From Sminthopsis crassicaudata (lineage: Eukaryota): a DNA stretch of 64,000 bases. A model generated the notes under the pieces. That model had not been told where the DNA came from. It searched no databases and was given only the letters and a program-made list of their open reading frames with translations. The position numbers and the translations under genes are program-made. This document shows, piece by piece, positions 1 through 11,639 of this stretch. How positions within the stretch are numbered: the stretch's first letter is position 1; each line of letters begins with the position of its first letter. Location of the stretch: contig NC_133619.1 in assembly GCF_048593235.1 (NCBI RefSeq), forward strand, positions 640,624,558-640,688,557, in the 5' to 3' direction.

Positions 1-126
1 AAGGGGAGGAGCTGGGCTTTCCTTCCGGGAGGACGGAGAGCCACAGGCAGGAGAGGGGGGGAATTTTGGGGTGGGAGGGAGGGGGGCCTCTGATTGCACC
101 CTGTCCCCCCGCCGCTCCCCCCGCAG

Positions 127-2781
127 ACAAAGAACTCTTGAAGAACCTCTGCATGGATAAGCAGACTTGCCAGGATTATGTGCACAAGCTGAACAATGCA
201 TCCCATACCAAGGTCTCCTGTTGCCAAGGAAACTGCTCAGGTATGGTCAGCTCTAAGGGGAGGACGGGGGTGCCCCAGGAAGAGACTGGAGTGGCCCAGG
301 AAGAGCCTCCTGAGGGGAGGGATGGAGCCCCAGCCACTGCCTCTAAACCTGTGACAGGATGCTCTGGAGGAGAACTTTTAGGTCCCCCCTCTCTCTGTCT
401 CTAAGCCCCCTCCCCTCTCTCTCTCTCTCTGCAGTACCCACCACCACCTCTCCGCCCTCAGGGGGACACAAAAATACCACGTGCTCCTCCTGCCCAGACT
501 CTGGGCCCTGCCACCGCTTCCTGTGCCCCGCTGGGAGGGACACCTGCCTCAGCATTGTGGAGGTGCAAGGTGAGCCCGGAGCCGCCTCTGAGCCCCTGAG
601 CGGCCCGCGAGCGCCCTCCCTCGGCCAGGGCAGAACTCCTGGTCCGTGCCAGCCTTGGGGGGGCGGGGCCGCTGCTTAGTGCAAAAGCCAGTGTGGGGAC
701 ACGGAGGGGAGCAGAGGATGGATGCCGCCCCCGCTCCCCGCCTCCACTCGGGTCTCCCCCCACTGAAGGCAAAGGGGGTCTCTGACTCCCTCTGTGCCCT
801 GCAGAGTCCCAGCCAGCTCCCAGTGCCCAGAGAAACAGAGGCAGGGACAGGGACAGAGACACAGAGAGAGCCGAGAGACAGAGGCAGAGCCGGGGAGAGA
901 CAGGAGGTGCACCTGTGAAATGAGGGGAAGAGGGGCAGAGACAGGGAGGGAGATGGGGGGGGCGGGGAGGAGAAAGCCCGAAAGGAAAAGGAGGCAGAGG
1001 CAGAGCAGGACGGGGGAAAGATGGAGGAGAGCAGTCACAAGTCTTGAGATCGAATCCTGGTTCTGTTTAATCTGTGGCCTGGCGTCAGGCTGTGTAGCGA
1101 CGGCTCCTTTCTGGACAGCGTGTGAGCAGGGGGCACTGGTGCAGAACCGAGCTCTCCCTCCCACTCAGTGCTGACCGGGACTGCTCCCTCGGGTCTCAGT
1201 GGGAAGGAGGGATTGGATTAGAGGGTCCTTCCCTCTCTGTCCTATGATCCCAGAGACTGGAGGCACGTGGGTAGGAAGGATGGATGGGAAGGAAGCACCC
1301 TGGGAGAAAGAAGAGGAGGCACCCTGCCCGGGGATCGCCCAGGGCCCCTGTCTGGATGGGGGTGGGGGCAGGGAGGGGGTTCATGCACCTGCTTCCTGTC
1401 CCGGGGGGCACTTCCCCCTCCAAGGCCACTGGTGGCTGAGAGGAGAAAGGGGAGGCCGAGGAGGGGGCGGTCCCAGCTGCTGGCCGGCGGGCCTGAGCTC
1501 TGTCCCCTTCGCCCGATCTCCCGCCAAGGTGACTTTCGAGGGAAGGACAAGCCTGCCTTCAGAAGGAACGGCTCCTGTGTGGCGCCGGAGGACTGCCAGC
1601 CCGGGGTCTACAGCCTGTCCTATGGCTCCGGCCGGGGCCTCTGGGTAAATGTCACCTGCTGCAGCGGTGAAGACTGTGGTGAGCCCTCCCAGCCAGGTAC
1701 GCTGTGCCCGGGCAGGGTGGGGGGCAGCGGAGAGATGGAGAAATGGTTAAGGGGGGTCAGGGATCAGTGAAGAGATGGAGAAACAGCTAAGAGGGGTAGG
1801 GGGGCAGGGAAGCAGCGGATGGAGAAATGGTTAAAAGGGGAATTAGGGAGCAGGCCCATAAGACAGCCCCCCACCTTCTGTGCTGCTCTCCAAGACCAAA
1901 TGCCCCTTAGCACCAACCTCCTGAAGGGCGTCTGAGAGCACCGAAGGCAGAGACGAGCCTCCGAGGCCCCGGAGAGCCGTCTCTGGAGGGCTTCCTCTCC
2001 CCTGCATCCCCCAGAGTCCCTGCCGAAGGGTACCGCCAGTGACTTCCTGTGTCCCGTCTGCTCCCTGAATGAGTCCTCCTGTGATGAAAACTCATACCTG
2101 CTCTGCTTCCAAGGAGAGACTTCTTGTGTTAGCATGAATGTGGTTCAGCTCGGAGGTAAGAGGGATGGGAGGAAGGAGGGAAAGACTGAGAGGCAAAAGG
2201 GCCAGGAGAGCTGGGAGGACGTAGGAATGAGGGAGCTGCTCATTCTCTGTGGGCAAGTAGCCCTTCCCCCTTCCCCCATCCATCTTTAAAATGAAGGGAT
2301 CAGCAGCAGCTGGGTGGTGCAGTAAATAGAGCACCAGCCCTGAAGTCAGCAGGATCTGGCTTCCAATCTGGTGTCAGACATTTAACACTTCCTGGCTGTG
2401 TGACCTTGGGCAAGTCACTTAACCCCAACTGCCTCAGCAAAAATAAAATGAAGGCATTGGACTGGAGGGTCCTGGCTGGTGCTCCGGGAGGGGCTGTTTC
2501 CTGCTCCTGGGCCCGGTGGGGTCCAAAGCCTCCCTGGATTCATCCTCTCTCCAGGGAATCAGAAGAGCATCTTTCGAGGGTGTGGCTCTAAGGACCTCTG
2601 CCAGCTGCCCGAGAACCACACCCTGGGCCTGGACTACCAGCTTGTCGGGAAGCCCAGCTGCAGTTCCTCCAGGCGGGCCGTGCTGGGCTCCAAGTGCCGG
2701 TACAACGGAGCCACTGGCTCCGGGGCAGGCGCTCTCCTCCCGGCCCTGCTGGCGGTGGGGATGGCCACTTGGCTCGCCTAA
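127..2781 (+). CDS. LY6/uPAR (three-finger, LU-domain) family GPI-anchored protein with at least 3 LU domains; 5' part lies outside the window
   Basis: Five GT-AG exons, all phase 1, splice in frame: 127-240 (DKELLKNLCMDKQTC...VSCCQGNCS), 435-569 (TCSSCPDSGPCHRFLCPAGRDTCL), 1529-1696 (GSCVAPEDC...VTCCSGEDC), 2015-2155 (LCPVCSLNESSCDENSYLLCFQGETSCV), 2555-2781 (RGCGSKDLC...GAGALLPALLAVGMATWLA*). LU-type Cys spacing, hydrophobic C-terminal GPI signal, AATAAA at 2947-2952. The sequence does not resemble uPAR closely enough for a symbol. Confidence 0.85.
2304..2447 (+). mobile_element. Marsupial tRNA-derived SINE (WSINE1/SINE1-like)
   Basis: gcagctgggtggtgcagtaaatagagcaccagccctgaagtcag...gtgtgaccttgggcaagtcacttaacccc...aaaaataaaa; A/B boxes and A-tail; the same family recurs in the window. 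Confidence 0.8.
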
Positions 2782-4105
2782 GCCTTCCCCGTCATCCTCC
2801 CCAGCTCGGGCAGGAGCAGCCGTGTGTTCTGACAACAGGGGCTCAGCCCAAGTCTAGAATCCTTCCGAGAGGCTGCTGGGACAAACCCCAGCCCGGAGGA
2901 CGCCCTCCCCAAGTCTCTGAAATCCCAGAGCCCGACTGCAACAGCCAATAAATTATACATCGGTCAATTTCCTCAATCGGCCAATGTCTTTTCTCGAATT
3001 CTCTCCATCCCTCTCATGCTCATCTTGTCCTTCACACCTGGGCTGGGTCCTCGGCTCCTCTGGGAATTTTCAGACCCCAAGGGGAAGTCTTTGAGCCTGA
3101 CATTCTCTTTGAAGACTCAGGAGATGGGGCCTGGGGCTGCTTGGGAGGGGAAGGCAGCTGGGGAGTCTTGGGGTTCAGGAGTCCTGAGTTGCTATTGGGC
3201 TAAACCGAGCCCACATCTTGTTCGGAACCTGGCGCTGGTCCTAGGCTGCTGAAAATGGCTTAGGCTGAGCTGATGGGCCGAAGGGCTCCACGGCTGCACG
3301 GGACGCCTTACCTCCCATTCCGGGAATCCTCTCTGAGCACCTCCAACAGCGGCGAGCTCTCCACCTGGAACTTCTCAAGCTGTCACACACCGTATGTAGG
3401 CACAGAATCATGGGAGGGTTTTGCAGTCGGGACTTCCATTCAAATCCTAGGTTGTTTCCCCATCCCATCTCACTTCCTAGCTCTGTGACCTTGGCCTTAA
3501 TCTCTTTAGACTTGTTTCCTCATCTGTCCAAGGAGGATGCCTTAATTTCTCAGCACTTTTAACCTTCAGTCTCGCTCCAACCCTTTCCATTCATTTAAGA
3601 AAACCAAGAGCTATGGAAGAAAATGGACCCGGCAAAGAGCACCCAGGCGAATTTTCTTAGAAGAGAGAGACAAATGATGAGAGAAACAGAGACAGAGAGA
3701 GAGAGAAAAACCACAAGGAGAAGCAGAGGGGAAAAGGAGAAGAGAGAGACAGAGACAGAGAAACAGAGACGGGAGAGGGAGGACAGGTAGAGAGGAGAGA
3801 GAGAGGGGGGTAGAACAAGGAGAGAGACATTCATGTATGTGACTGACATCTCTCTAGTAGGCCATGGGTTTCCCTAGACTGTGAACTCCTTAAATAGAAA
3901 GAGACCGTGTCTTATTTACCTCAGTTTCCTGTATGGAACCCTGTGCTCAGTGGTAGTTCAGTAACTGTTTGCTGAAAGAATCAAGGGCCAATCATTTGGT
4001 CAGTGGGGGGACCCATCTCTCCTTTCCCCTCCCCCCTCGGGCTCCACTCATGAGGTCACCCCAGTGGGCATTGTTGGCCTGGGTCCCTGCTGGTGTTACC
4101 CGGCT

Positions 4106-4243
4106 GGGCGGGGCCAGCCAATCAGCCGCTAGCCCCTCTTATAATGGCCCCTAGCAACGGGGTATGAGCCCAGGCAAACGGGGAGAGACCCCGTGGGCGG
4201 GGAGAGTCTGAGGGGTGTGGGAAATTCCTCTGTGAATGTGAGT
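4106..4243 (+). promoter_or_regulatory. Putative IRGC promoter and non-coding first exon: GC box, CCAAT (NF-Y) box, RFX X-box-like site, splice donor
   Basis: GGGCGGGG 4106-4113, CCAATCAGC 4118-4126, CCCTAGCAAC 4149-4158, donor AAT|GTGAGT at 4238. Matching acceptor at 6530-6531 just before the IRGC ATG. IRGC is known to have a non-coding first exon and testis expression. Confidence 0.6.
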
Positions 4244-6538
4244 TGATTTGGGGGGAAATGGTACTCAATGTGGGTGAGATAGGGCAATTCCGAGGGAAGA
4301 AGGGAAGAGAAGTCCCGGGGACATAGACGCTAGGTCCAATTCTCCCGGTTGCCCTTTGGATCCCCGTAGTCTCGGCTACCCAGAACCCGTCACGCCGCGG
4401 GGGGGAGGAGGGAGCCCAGGGTTAGGTAGGAAGAGCTCAACCTCATTAAGTTCTCCAATAGACCCCGAAAACTTGGGAGAGGAGAGGTCTGGTCAGGGCC
4501 AAGAGGACGGAGTCCAATTCTCCGTCTCGATGGACCGGCTCGGCCTGCCCCTCGGTTCCTGGAGAAGAGAGACTGGAGCGGGTTTGAGGCACAGTCCATA
4601 TGGGCCCAATCGCCCGGGCTGAGCTCTCTTGCCTGTGCTAGCTGTCTCAGAGGTGCTAGGCCCGTTGTAAAAACGAGGGCAGGAGAAATCGGGGGGCTGT
4701 GGCCAAGTCCCGCTATAATCCCCACAGTTCCTTCTCCAGCTGTTACGATCTGTCCCTCCAATACCCCAGACCCGGCCCAGAAAAGAGAACTCCCCGGCGT
4801 GGGGAGTTTGAGCCCAATCCCCTCTATCAATTCAAATAGCCCATGGAGGGAAGTTTGGGGTGTGGGAAGGGTTTCCTGTGAGGTCCCCACTGAATACCCA
4901 GAGCTCTCTACGGAAGAGGCACTTTGTCCTGGGGCCCTCCGGACTGCTTATTGAAACACTCGGAACTGTGTTCGAGCGAGGCGGAGGGAGGTGGTGGCCA
5001 GGCCGGGGTGGGAGGGAACCAGTCTTAGCCCCTGCAGTATCTCAAATGAGTAGGGGTCCGGGTGAGTGGGAGAGGGGCAGAGAAACGAGACCGTGTGATT
5101 GTGTTGACTTCCTATGGACTGTGCTTGCTGCTTAGACGATTCTGGGCCCCCCATGCGCCAGAGGAGGGGAAGAGAGTTCTAAGTGTTGGAAGGAGGGGTT
5201 AGGGTCCCCTCCCTTCATTTCCATACTCAATCATACTCAAACCCCCCCCTCCAAAAAAAAAAAAAAACACAAACAAACAAAAACTCCAGAGCCATCCATA
5301 AGATTGGGAGAAGGAAGTGTCTCTGTGTCTGTTAGAGCTGGAGAGGAGGAAGGGGGTGTGCAGCTAATTCCCCAGCCTCTTTGTAGAGACTGACTGATAA
5401 ACTGTCACTCCTGGACCCCATGCTTACCGGGGAGAAACGAGTCTGAGTTCCCCACATTCTACTGTTCATATATCTCCTCTCACCTCAGACCTCCTGCTCT
5501 TCCATCTCCTGGGGACCCTGCCATAGTCCAGAAACAAAGGGAAAATGGAGGGGGTCCAGAAAGGGAGGAAGACACGGGGTGGGGAGATGCAATGGAACCT
5601 AGAGAGGAAGACACGGGGTGGGGAGATCCAATGGGTGGACTATCTCAGGGGATCATCCCTCCCTTTGGTAATAAAGGGGAAAATGGGAGTCAGAACCATG
5701 GGCTCCTAGGCCTCTCGGACAGGAAGGGACCTGTAGTCTGACCTCCAGTATTTTGCAGAGAAGGAAACTGAGGCCTAGAGTAGGAGAGATGATTAAAAGC
5801 TGGGACCCACAATCCTGGCATTGGCGCCATGTTGGGGTCGGACAAGCTGCCTTTCACGATTTAACCGTGAAAGGCTGTGGGCTTGACAGTAGCTCCCCCC
5901 TGAGTGGGAGTGTCCTTCCTCTCCTGTGGCCTCAGTTTCCCCTCCCTGTAGAAGCTGGTTCTCCGGCATGTGTTCTGCTTCTAGCGCCGGGCCCACCGAT
6001 TTGCTCTGAGAGTCCCTCCATTGCTTTCTTTACCTATGGGGAAAGTGGGAGGAGGATCCCTGCTTTCCTGCAAAGGGGGTAGGAAGCGGGCGTGGGATGA
6101 GGCTGGGGAAAGGCCCCCAGTGTAAGGAGGCTCCGGCTCGCTGGAACACACGGGAGCCTGTGGGGGCGGGCAGGGGGCCGGAGAAGGCAGAGACTAGGAG
6201 GAGAGAAGAGGGGAACAGAGGCCGCAAGCGGCCGAGTGGGAGCCGTTGTCAGGGACGGAGAGGGTCCGGTAGGAGAGCCGCCAGGCTGGCGCTTCCGAGG
6301 CTACCTCCGGCAGCGTAGCCTGGATAAGGGGGGGAAGGGGGCGGGCCGCCTTTACCGCTAACCGTGTCTGTGTCCGTGTCTGTGTCTGTCCGTGTCCGTG
6401 TCCGTGTGTGTGTCCGTCTCCGTGTCTCTCTCCTCGGCCCGCTCTCAGGGCCTAGGTGGTGTGAGCGGCCTGCCCCCTACCCCAAGGAGCACACGCATCG
6501 AGACTCCCCCACTCCCCCCCACTCTCCCCAGGGGCGCA

Positions 6539-7936
6539 ATGGCGTCCAAGTCACAAGCCCCCCCGACCGAGGAGGAGAGCACCATCCTCATGGCTAAGGA
6601 AGAGCTCGAAGCTCTCCGGACGGCCTTCGAGCTGGGGGATATCCCGAAGGCTGCCTCCCGCCTCCGGGAGCTTCTGGGCTCCGCCGAGAGTAGCCGCCTG
6701 GATGTGGGCGTGACCGGCGAGTCCGGGGCCGGCAAGTCTTCCTTGATCAACGCCCTTCGAGGGATCGGGGCCGAGGATCCCGGCGCGGCTCGGACTGGCG
6801 TCATCGAGACCACTACCCAGCCCACCCCCTACCCCCACCCCCAGCTGCCTGAGCTCATGCTGTGGGACCTGCCAGGGGCCGGCTCACCCGGCTGCCCAGC
6901 CGACAAGTACCTGAAGCAGGTAGACTTTGCTCGCTACAATTTCTTCCTCCTGGTCTCTCCCCGCCGCTGTGGGGCCGTGGAGACCCGGCTGGCGACCGAG
7001 ATCCTCCGTCAGGGCAAGAAATTCTACTTCATCCGCACCAAGGTGGACGAGGACCTGGCGGCTTCTCGCACCCAGCGCCCCTCGGGCTACAGCGAGAGCG
7101 CTGTCTTACAGGAGATCCGAGACCACTGCGCGGAGCGCCTGCGAGCCGCCGGCGTCCAGGACCCCCGGATCTTCCTCGTGTCCAACCTGTCGCCGGCGCG
7201 CTACGACTTCCCCCTGCTGGTGGCCACCTGGGAGCGGGAGCTGCCGGCCCACCGCCGCCACGCCGGCCTCCTGTCCCTGCCCGACATCTCCCTGCAGGCC
7301 CTGCAGAAGAAGAAGGATGCCCTGCAGGAGCAGGTGCTGAAGACCGCGCTGGTGTCCGGGGTCATCCAGGCCCTGCCCGTGCCCGGGCTGGCGGCCGCCT
7401 ACGACGACGCGCTGCTCATCCGCTCCCTGCGGGGCTACCACCGCAGCTTCGGCCTGGACGACGACTCCCTGGCCAGGCTGGCCGAGCAGGTGGGCAAGCA
7501 GGCCGGCGACCTGCGCTCCGTGATCCGCTCGCCGCTGGCCACCGAGGTGTCGCCCGAGGCGGTGCTGCGCATGTACGCCCAGTCATCGGACGGCGCCATG
7601 CGCGTGGCCCGGGCCTTCGAGAAGGGCATCCCCGTGTTCGGGACCCTGGTGGCCGGGGGCATCTCCTTCGGGACCGTCTACACCATGCTCCAGGGCTGCC
7701 TTAACGAGATGGCCGAGGACGCGCAGCGTGTCCGGATCAAAGCCCTGGAAGAGGAGGTCACCTCCCCTGGCTCCGACGCCCGCCTCGACGTCGCCAGCGG
7801 GCCCGGGTTGGAGAAGAGGGGGGCAGGCGAGGGCGGCGGGGAGGATCCTCCAATCTCAGCCCGCCGGAAGCTTGGACTGCTGCTCAAGTACATTCTGGAG
7901 AGCTGGAAAAAACGGGATGGGGTCGAAGACAAATAA
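6539..7936 (+). CDS. IRGC: Immunity-related GTPase cinema (interferon-inducible GTPase 5), 465 aa, single coding exon
   Basis: MASKSQAPPTEEESTILMAKEELEALRTAFELGDIP... closely matches human IRGC as I recall it, along the whole length. G1 GESGAGKS, G3 WDLPG and G4 RTKVD are intact; ends KLGLLLKYILESWKK. The ORF-track start at 6392 is an intronic GTG; the real ATG is 6539, after the acceptor at 6531. Confidence 0.97.
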   Translation: MASKSQAPPTEEESTILMAKEELEALRTAFELGDIPKAASRLRELLGSAESSRLDVGVTGESGAGKSSLINALRGIGAEDPGAARTGVIETTTQPTPYPHPQLPELMLWDLPGAGSPGCPADKYLKQVDFARYNFFLLVSPRRCGAVETRLATEILRQGKKFYFIRTKVDEDLAASRTQRPSGYSESAVLQEIRDHCAERLRAAGVQDPRIFLVSNLSPARYDFPLLVATWERELPAHRRHAGLLSLPDISLQALQKKKDALQEQVLKTALVSGVIQALPVPGLAAAYDDALLIRSLRGYHRSFGLDDDSLARLAEQVGKQAGDLRSVIRSPLATEVSPEAVLRMYAQSSDGAMRVARAFEKGIPVFGTLVAGGISFGTVYTMLQGCLNEMAEDAQRVRIKALEEEVTSPGSDARLDVASGPGLEKRGAGEGGGEDPPISARRKLGLLLKYILESWKKRDGVEDK

Positions 7937-8107
7937 AAACGGCCACCTCTCCCCCAAAGAAAGAAAACCCCCCTCCTGACCACTCCACCCCACCATCCCC
8001 CATCCCCATTCCCCCACCCCTGTCCCCTGTCCCTACCAAAAAAAAATTCATGTGAAGAAACCAATGGAAGGCTCCCGACTGCTTCCACACCGGCCCGGGC
8101 CCGCGCG

Positions 8108-8490
8108 GGAGGGAGGGAGTGGGGTTGGGATGGAGCGGGGGGACGGGGCAGGGGGAGGGAGGCGGGGAGGGAGGAGGGAGGGAGGGGGAGGAGGAGGGAG
8201 CGGTGTTGGGATGGAGCGGGGGGCGGGGCAGGGGGAGGGAGAGGGGTTGGGATGGAGGGGGGGCGGGGCGGGGGGAGGGAGCGGTGTTGGGATGGAGCGG
8301 GGGGCGGGGCAGGGGGAGGGAGAGGGGTTGCAATGGAGCCCCCAGGGGGCGGGGCGGAGGGAGGGAGCGGTGTTGGGATGGAGCCCCCAGGGGGCGGGGC
8401 GGGGGGAGGGAGCGGTGTAGGGATGGAGCCCCCGGGGGGCGGGGCGGGGGGGAGGGAGGCGTATTGGGATGGAGCCCGCGGGGGGTGGGG
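8108..8490. repeat. G-rich minisatellite (about 41-45 nt unit)
   Basis: Repeated ggagggagcggtgttgggatggagc(g/c)n ggggcgggg units, roughly 8 copies; source of several spurious Gly/Pro ORFs. Confidence 0.85.
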
Positions 8491-8764
8491 GGGAGAGCCC
8501 GTTCAAGGGCCGGTTTCACCTCCTCTATCCCACAGACGCGTCTTTTCGGGGAAGGGGCCACTGGGGAGACGGGATTCCCGGCGGGGTGCAAGCGTACGAG
8601 GGGGATTAGAACTGGGGAGCCTGCAGAAAGGCGTCCCTTTGGGGCGACCTTCCCCCCCCATCTCTCCCTCCCAAAGGGTGTCCTTTGATGGCAATCCTCT
8701 GGCTCCACGCCAGCACCCCGCCCCCTTCCTCGAAGATTCCCCCACCCCCTCCCCGAGGAGCCAA

Positions 8765-8913
8765 CCAATCAGCATTCGTTTCTCAATACAATGGGCCCTA
8801 GCAACAGGTGTGGCCGAGAAGCCAACCGAGTCGGTGGGGATAAGATGCTCCGCGACTAGAAGAGGAAGCAGAAGAAGGGCCAGGGTCAAAGGAAGGCCCT
8901 GCTAAATGTGAGT
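8765..8913 (+). promoter_or_regulatory. Second CCAAT + X-box promoter module and putative non-coding first exon, probably of the downstream IRG paralogue
   Basis: CCAATCAGC 8765-8773, CCCTAGCAAC 8796-8805 (same 22-nt spacer as at 4118-4158), donor AAT|GTGAGTT at 8908. Candidate acceptors at 14091-14092 and 14099-14100, before ATG 14135. Confidence 0.55.
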
Positions 8914-9787
8914 TAGGGAGGAGGCTGACGAGGCAGGATCGCCCCCGGCCCCCAACTCCCTGCCCCCGCCCCTCTGTACCCTTCCACGGGAAGATGAGAG
9001 AGGCGTTTCAGCCCCTAAAAACTCCCCAAACTCCCCCCAAGTCGCCCCAGGCCAGTGCGGCTCAGCCCCAGCCTCTTTCATGTTCCATCTCTGCAAGGGC
9101 AACTCTGGGGAAGGGTAGTTTTTTGGGTGGGGGAGGAGAAGGCGCACGAATCTAACGGTGGGCAGGAGGTTTTGTGCGGGTGACTGGAGTGTGTGTGTGG
9201 CCTCTGCGGTGATTTCAGCCGGTCCGGCTGGGAAGTTCTCGAGGATGATTGTGAGTGTGATTTAGGTCGGTGATTACTGTGACTTTGGGATGGCCACTTG
9301 GTGTGGCTGAGAGTGGACAGAGAATGACCTTTTGGCCGGGCTTTTACTTGTGTGTGTATGAGAAAAAGAGACAGAGACAGAGCCAGAGACAAAGAGGCAA
9401 AGACAAATAGACAGACAGAGACAAACAGACAGAGAGACAAGAGACAGAGAGACAGAGAGAAAGAGAGAGACAGTGTGTGTGACAGCATCACTTTGACTTC
9501 TGCCTCCTGGGGCCCCCCCTCTGTTAGGCCAGGCGAGACTCACCCCTTGTCCTCTTGTTGGGGACTTGGAGAAGAACGCCAACAGTCAATAAGCATAAGC
9601 ACCCACTGTGTGCCAGCCATACAGAGAAGGGCAAAAGCCAGTGCGTCCTCCCAAGGAACTTACGGTCTAAGGGAGAGTGGCACAAACCCAGCCCCAATCG
9701 AGTTAGAGACACGAAAACAAAGCGCTGGGACTGAGAGGGGTCACAAAAGGCTTCCTGGAGAGAGGGAGATTTTAGCTAGAACTTTTT

Positions 9788-9987
9788 AAAAAAAATTATT
9801 ATAGCTTTTTATTGACATTTGCAAGGCTAATTTTTCAGCATTGAGCCTTGCAAAAACTTCTGTTCCAATTTTTCCCCACCTTCCCCCCATCCCCTCTCCC
9901 AGATGGCAGATAGACCAATACATGATACATATGTTAAAGTATATGTTACATTTAATATAATGTATACATATTTATAGAGTTATCTTT
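9788..9987 (-). mobile_element. L1-type 3' end fragment
   Basis: AT-rich insert ttatagctttttattgac...ccttccccccatcccctctcccagatggcag...catatgttaaa; reverse complement resembles the L1 3' end at 62796-63300. Confidence 0.5.
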
Positions 9988-11639
9988 TAGCTGGAACTTG
10001 AAGGAAGCCAGGAAGCAGAAGTGAGGAGAGCGGAGGACCAACCAGGAGGCCAGGGCCCGTCAACCGAAGGAAAGAGAGGAGGAGGCTCATCAGATGTAGA
10101 AATCAAACCAAGAGAAAGCAGACGAGGTGAAGGACAGGGAATGAGGCCTTAAGAGTCTTCCAGCTTTACAGCTTTATGGGATCCATTTAGAGCTAGCTTG
10201 TTTAGAAATCTCACTTTACAGATAAGGAAACTGAGGCTCAGAGGAAGGAAAGATCACATGGAGAGAGCCAGGGGATCCTAGAGCTACAGCGGGAAGGGAC
10301 ATTCAAGGCCATCTAGTCATATTTGCTCACTTTACAGATGAGGAAACTGAGACAGAGGGGAAGTAGTTTGTCTGGTCAGTTCAGGTGGCAAGCAGAGGAT
10401 TTGAATCCAGGACCATTGACAAACTTACCCCTTTTCCACTGTCTCCTGGTAGTACATGGATTACTATCCCTATTTTATGGAGGAAACTAGTCAGCCAAGG
10501 GAGGAAAAAGAATCGTTCAAGATTAACCACAGCTTGTGAAATTTGGAGGCAGGATAGGTGCCCTAGCATTCTCATCTCAAGCTTGGGATCCAGAGCAGCC
10601 AAATCTGGACCAACCTGCTTCCATCCAGGTGGACTTGAATCAGGAGAGGAAGAAAATAGTTAGTCCATCCGAGTTGGACGAGACCTTAGGGGCCGATTAG
10701 GGCCAACCCCTTTATTTTACAGAAGAAACCATTACTGAAAAAAGGCGGCAGGGAACTTGTCCAAGAAAATCCAAGACAGAAACTTGGAGCTCCAAACTCT
10801 TGTAAGGTCCCGTCTCTCCACCTGGGACTGGCCCCAGGAGCACTGGGGATCTAGGTGCCTCAAGACACTCTGGGTCTCAGTGCCTTGATGGGGGTTGGGT
10901 CAAAAGCTGGGCTCCCTGTCTCAGGCAGGCAGGGCTCCAGGGGTCAGGAAGTATTAATACTTCAGGCAAGTGGAATGAGCTGGCTGAGGTGAGAAGGTGG
11001 AGGAAGGCCCCGCTTGTTTTCTCTTCGAGCTCACTGGCCCTAGTTCCCAGAAGTCTTTCTCCCCAGGCACATCTAGGAAGCCCTCTGGAGAAGGGGACAC
11101 CATTTGCTGGGAGCTGGGATGTATGTGTGGGAAACCCCAGCTCTGGCCCTCTTCTGTGCCCTTGTCAAAGCACACACGACAGAGGGAGGGGCTCTCTTCT
11201 CACACTGGGGGCCATGATCAAGTGCATTTACACTTGGAACTCCCTGCTCTGACTCGACTACACACTCTCACTATTAGAAGTCAAGGGTAGATTATTAGAG
11301 AAACAGGCAATGTGGCAGAAGCCGATGGAGAACTTGCCTTGGAATCATATTCGAGTCCTGTGTTCCATATATGAGCAAGTTTCTGGAGCGGTTTTGCCCC
11401 AATGGAACAGTCCCCCAAATAAGGAAAGCTCTGCCCTCAGCATTATTTTGAACAGAATCTGAACTCACCCAGGTAGGAACTCCCAGTACTCGAAAGCAAT
11501 CTGCCCAAATCAATTTGCACCATTCTTCGGGAAAGAATAACCCGAGGGCGTTTGTCCAGGGTCACCCAGTGCTTCTCACACCATTTAAGTGTGAGTCAGG
11601 TGTTACAATGGATTTCCATCCTGACTGAGTACTTCAGTC

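Noticed and set aside
127-2781. Assigning the symbol PLAUR, PINLYP or LYPD5 to the LU gene
   Set aside because: The family is clear, but the sequence and orientation do not match any of these well enough to name it without a search.
6392-6538. N-terminal extension of IRGC in the 514-aa ORF-track call
   Set aside because: It starts at a GTG inside a (GTGTCC)n-like tract upstream of a clear acceptor (6530-6531); homology begins at ATG 6539.
7884-8905. Several 120-294 aa Pro/Gly-rich ORFs on both strands
   Set aside because: Translations of the G-rich minisatellite; no domain signal.
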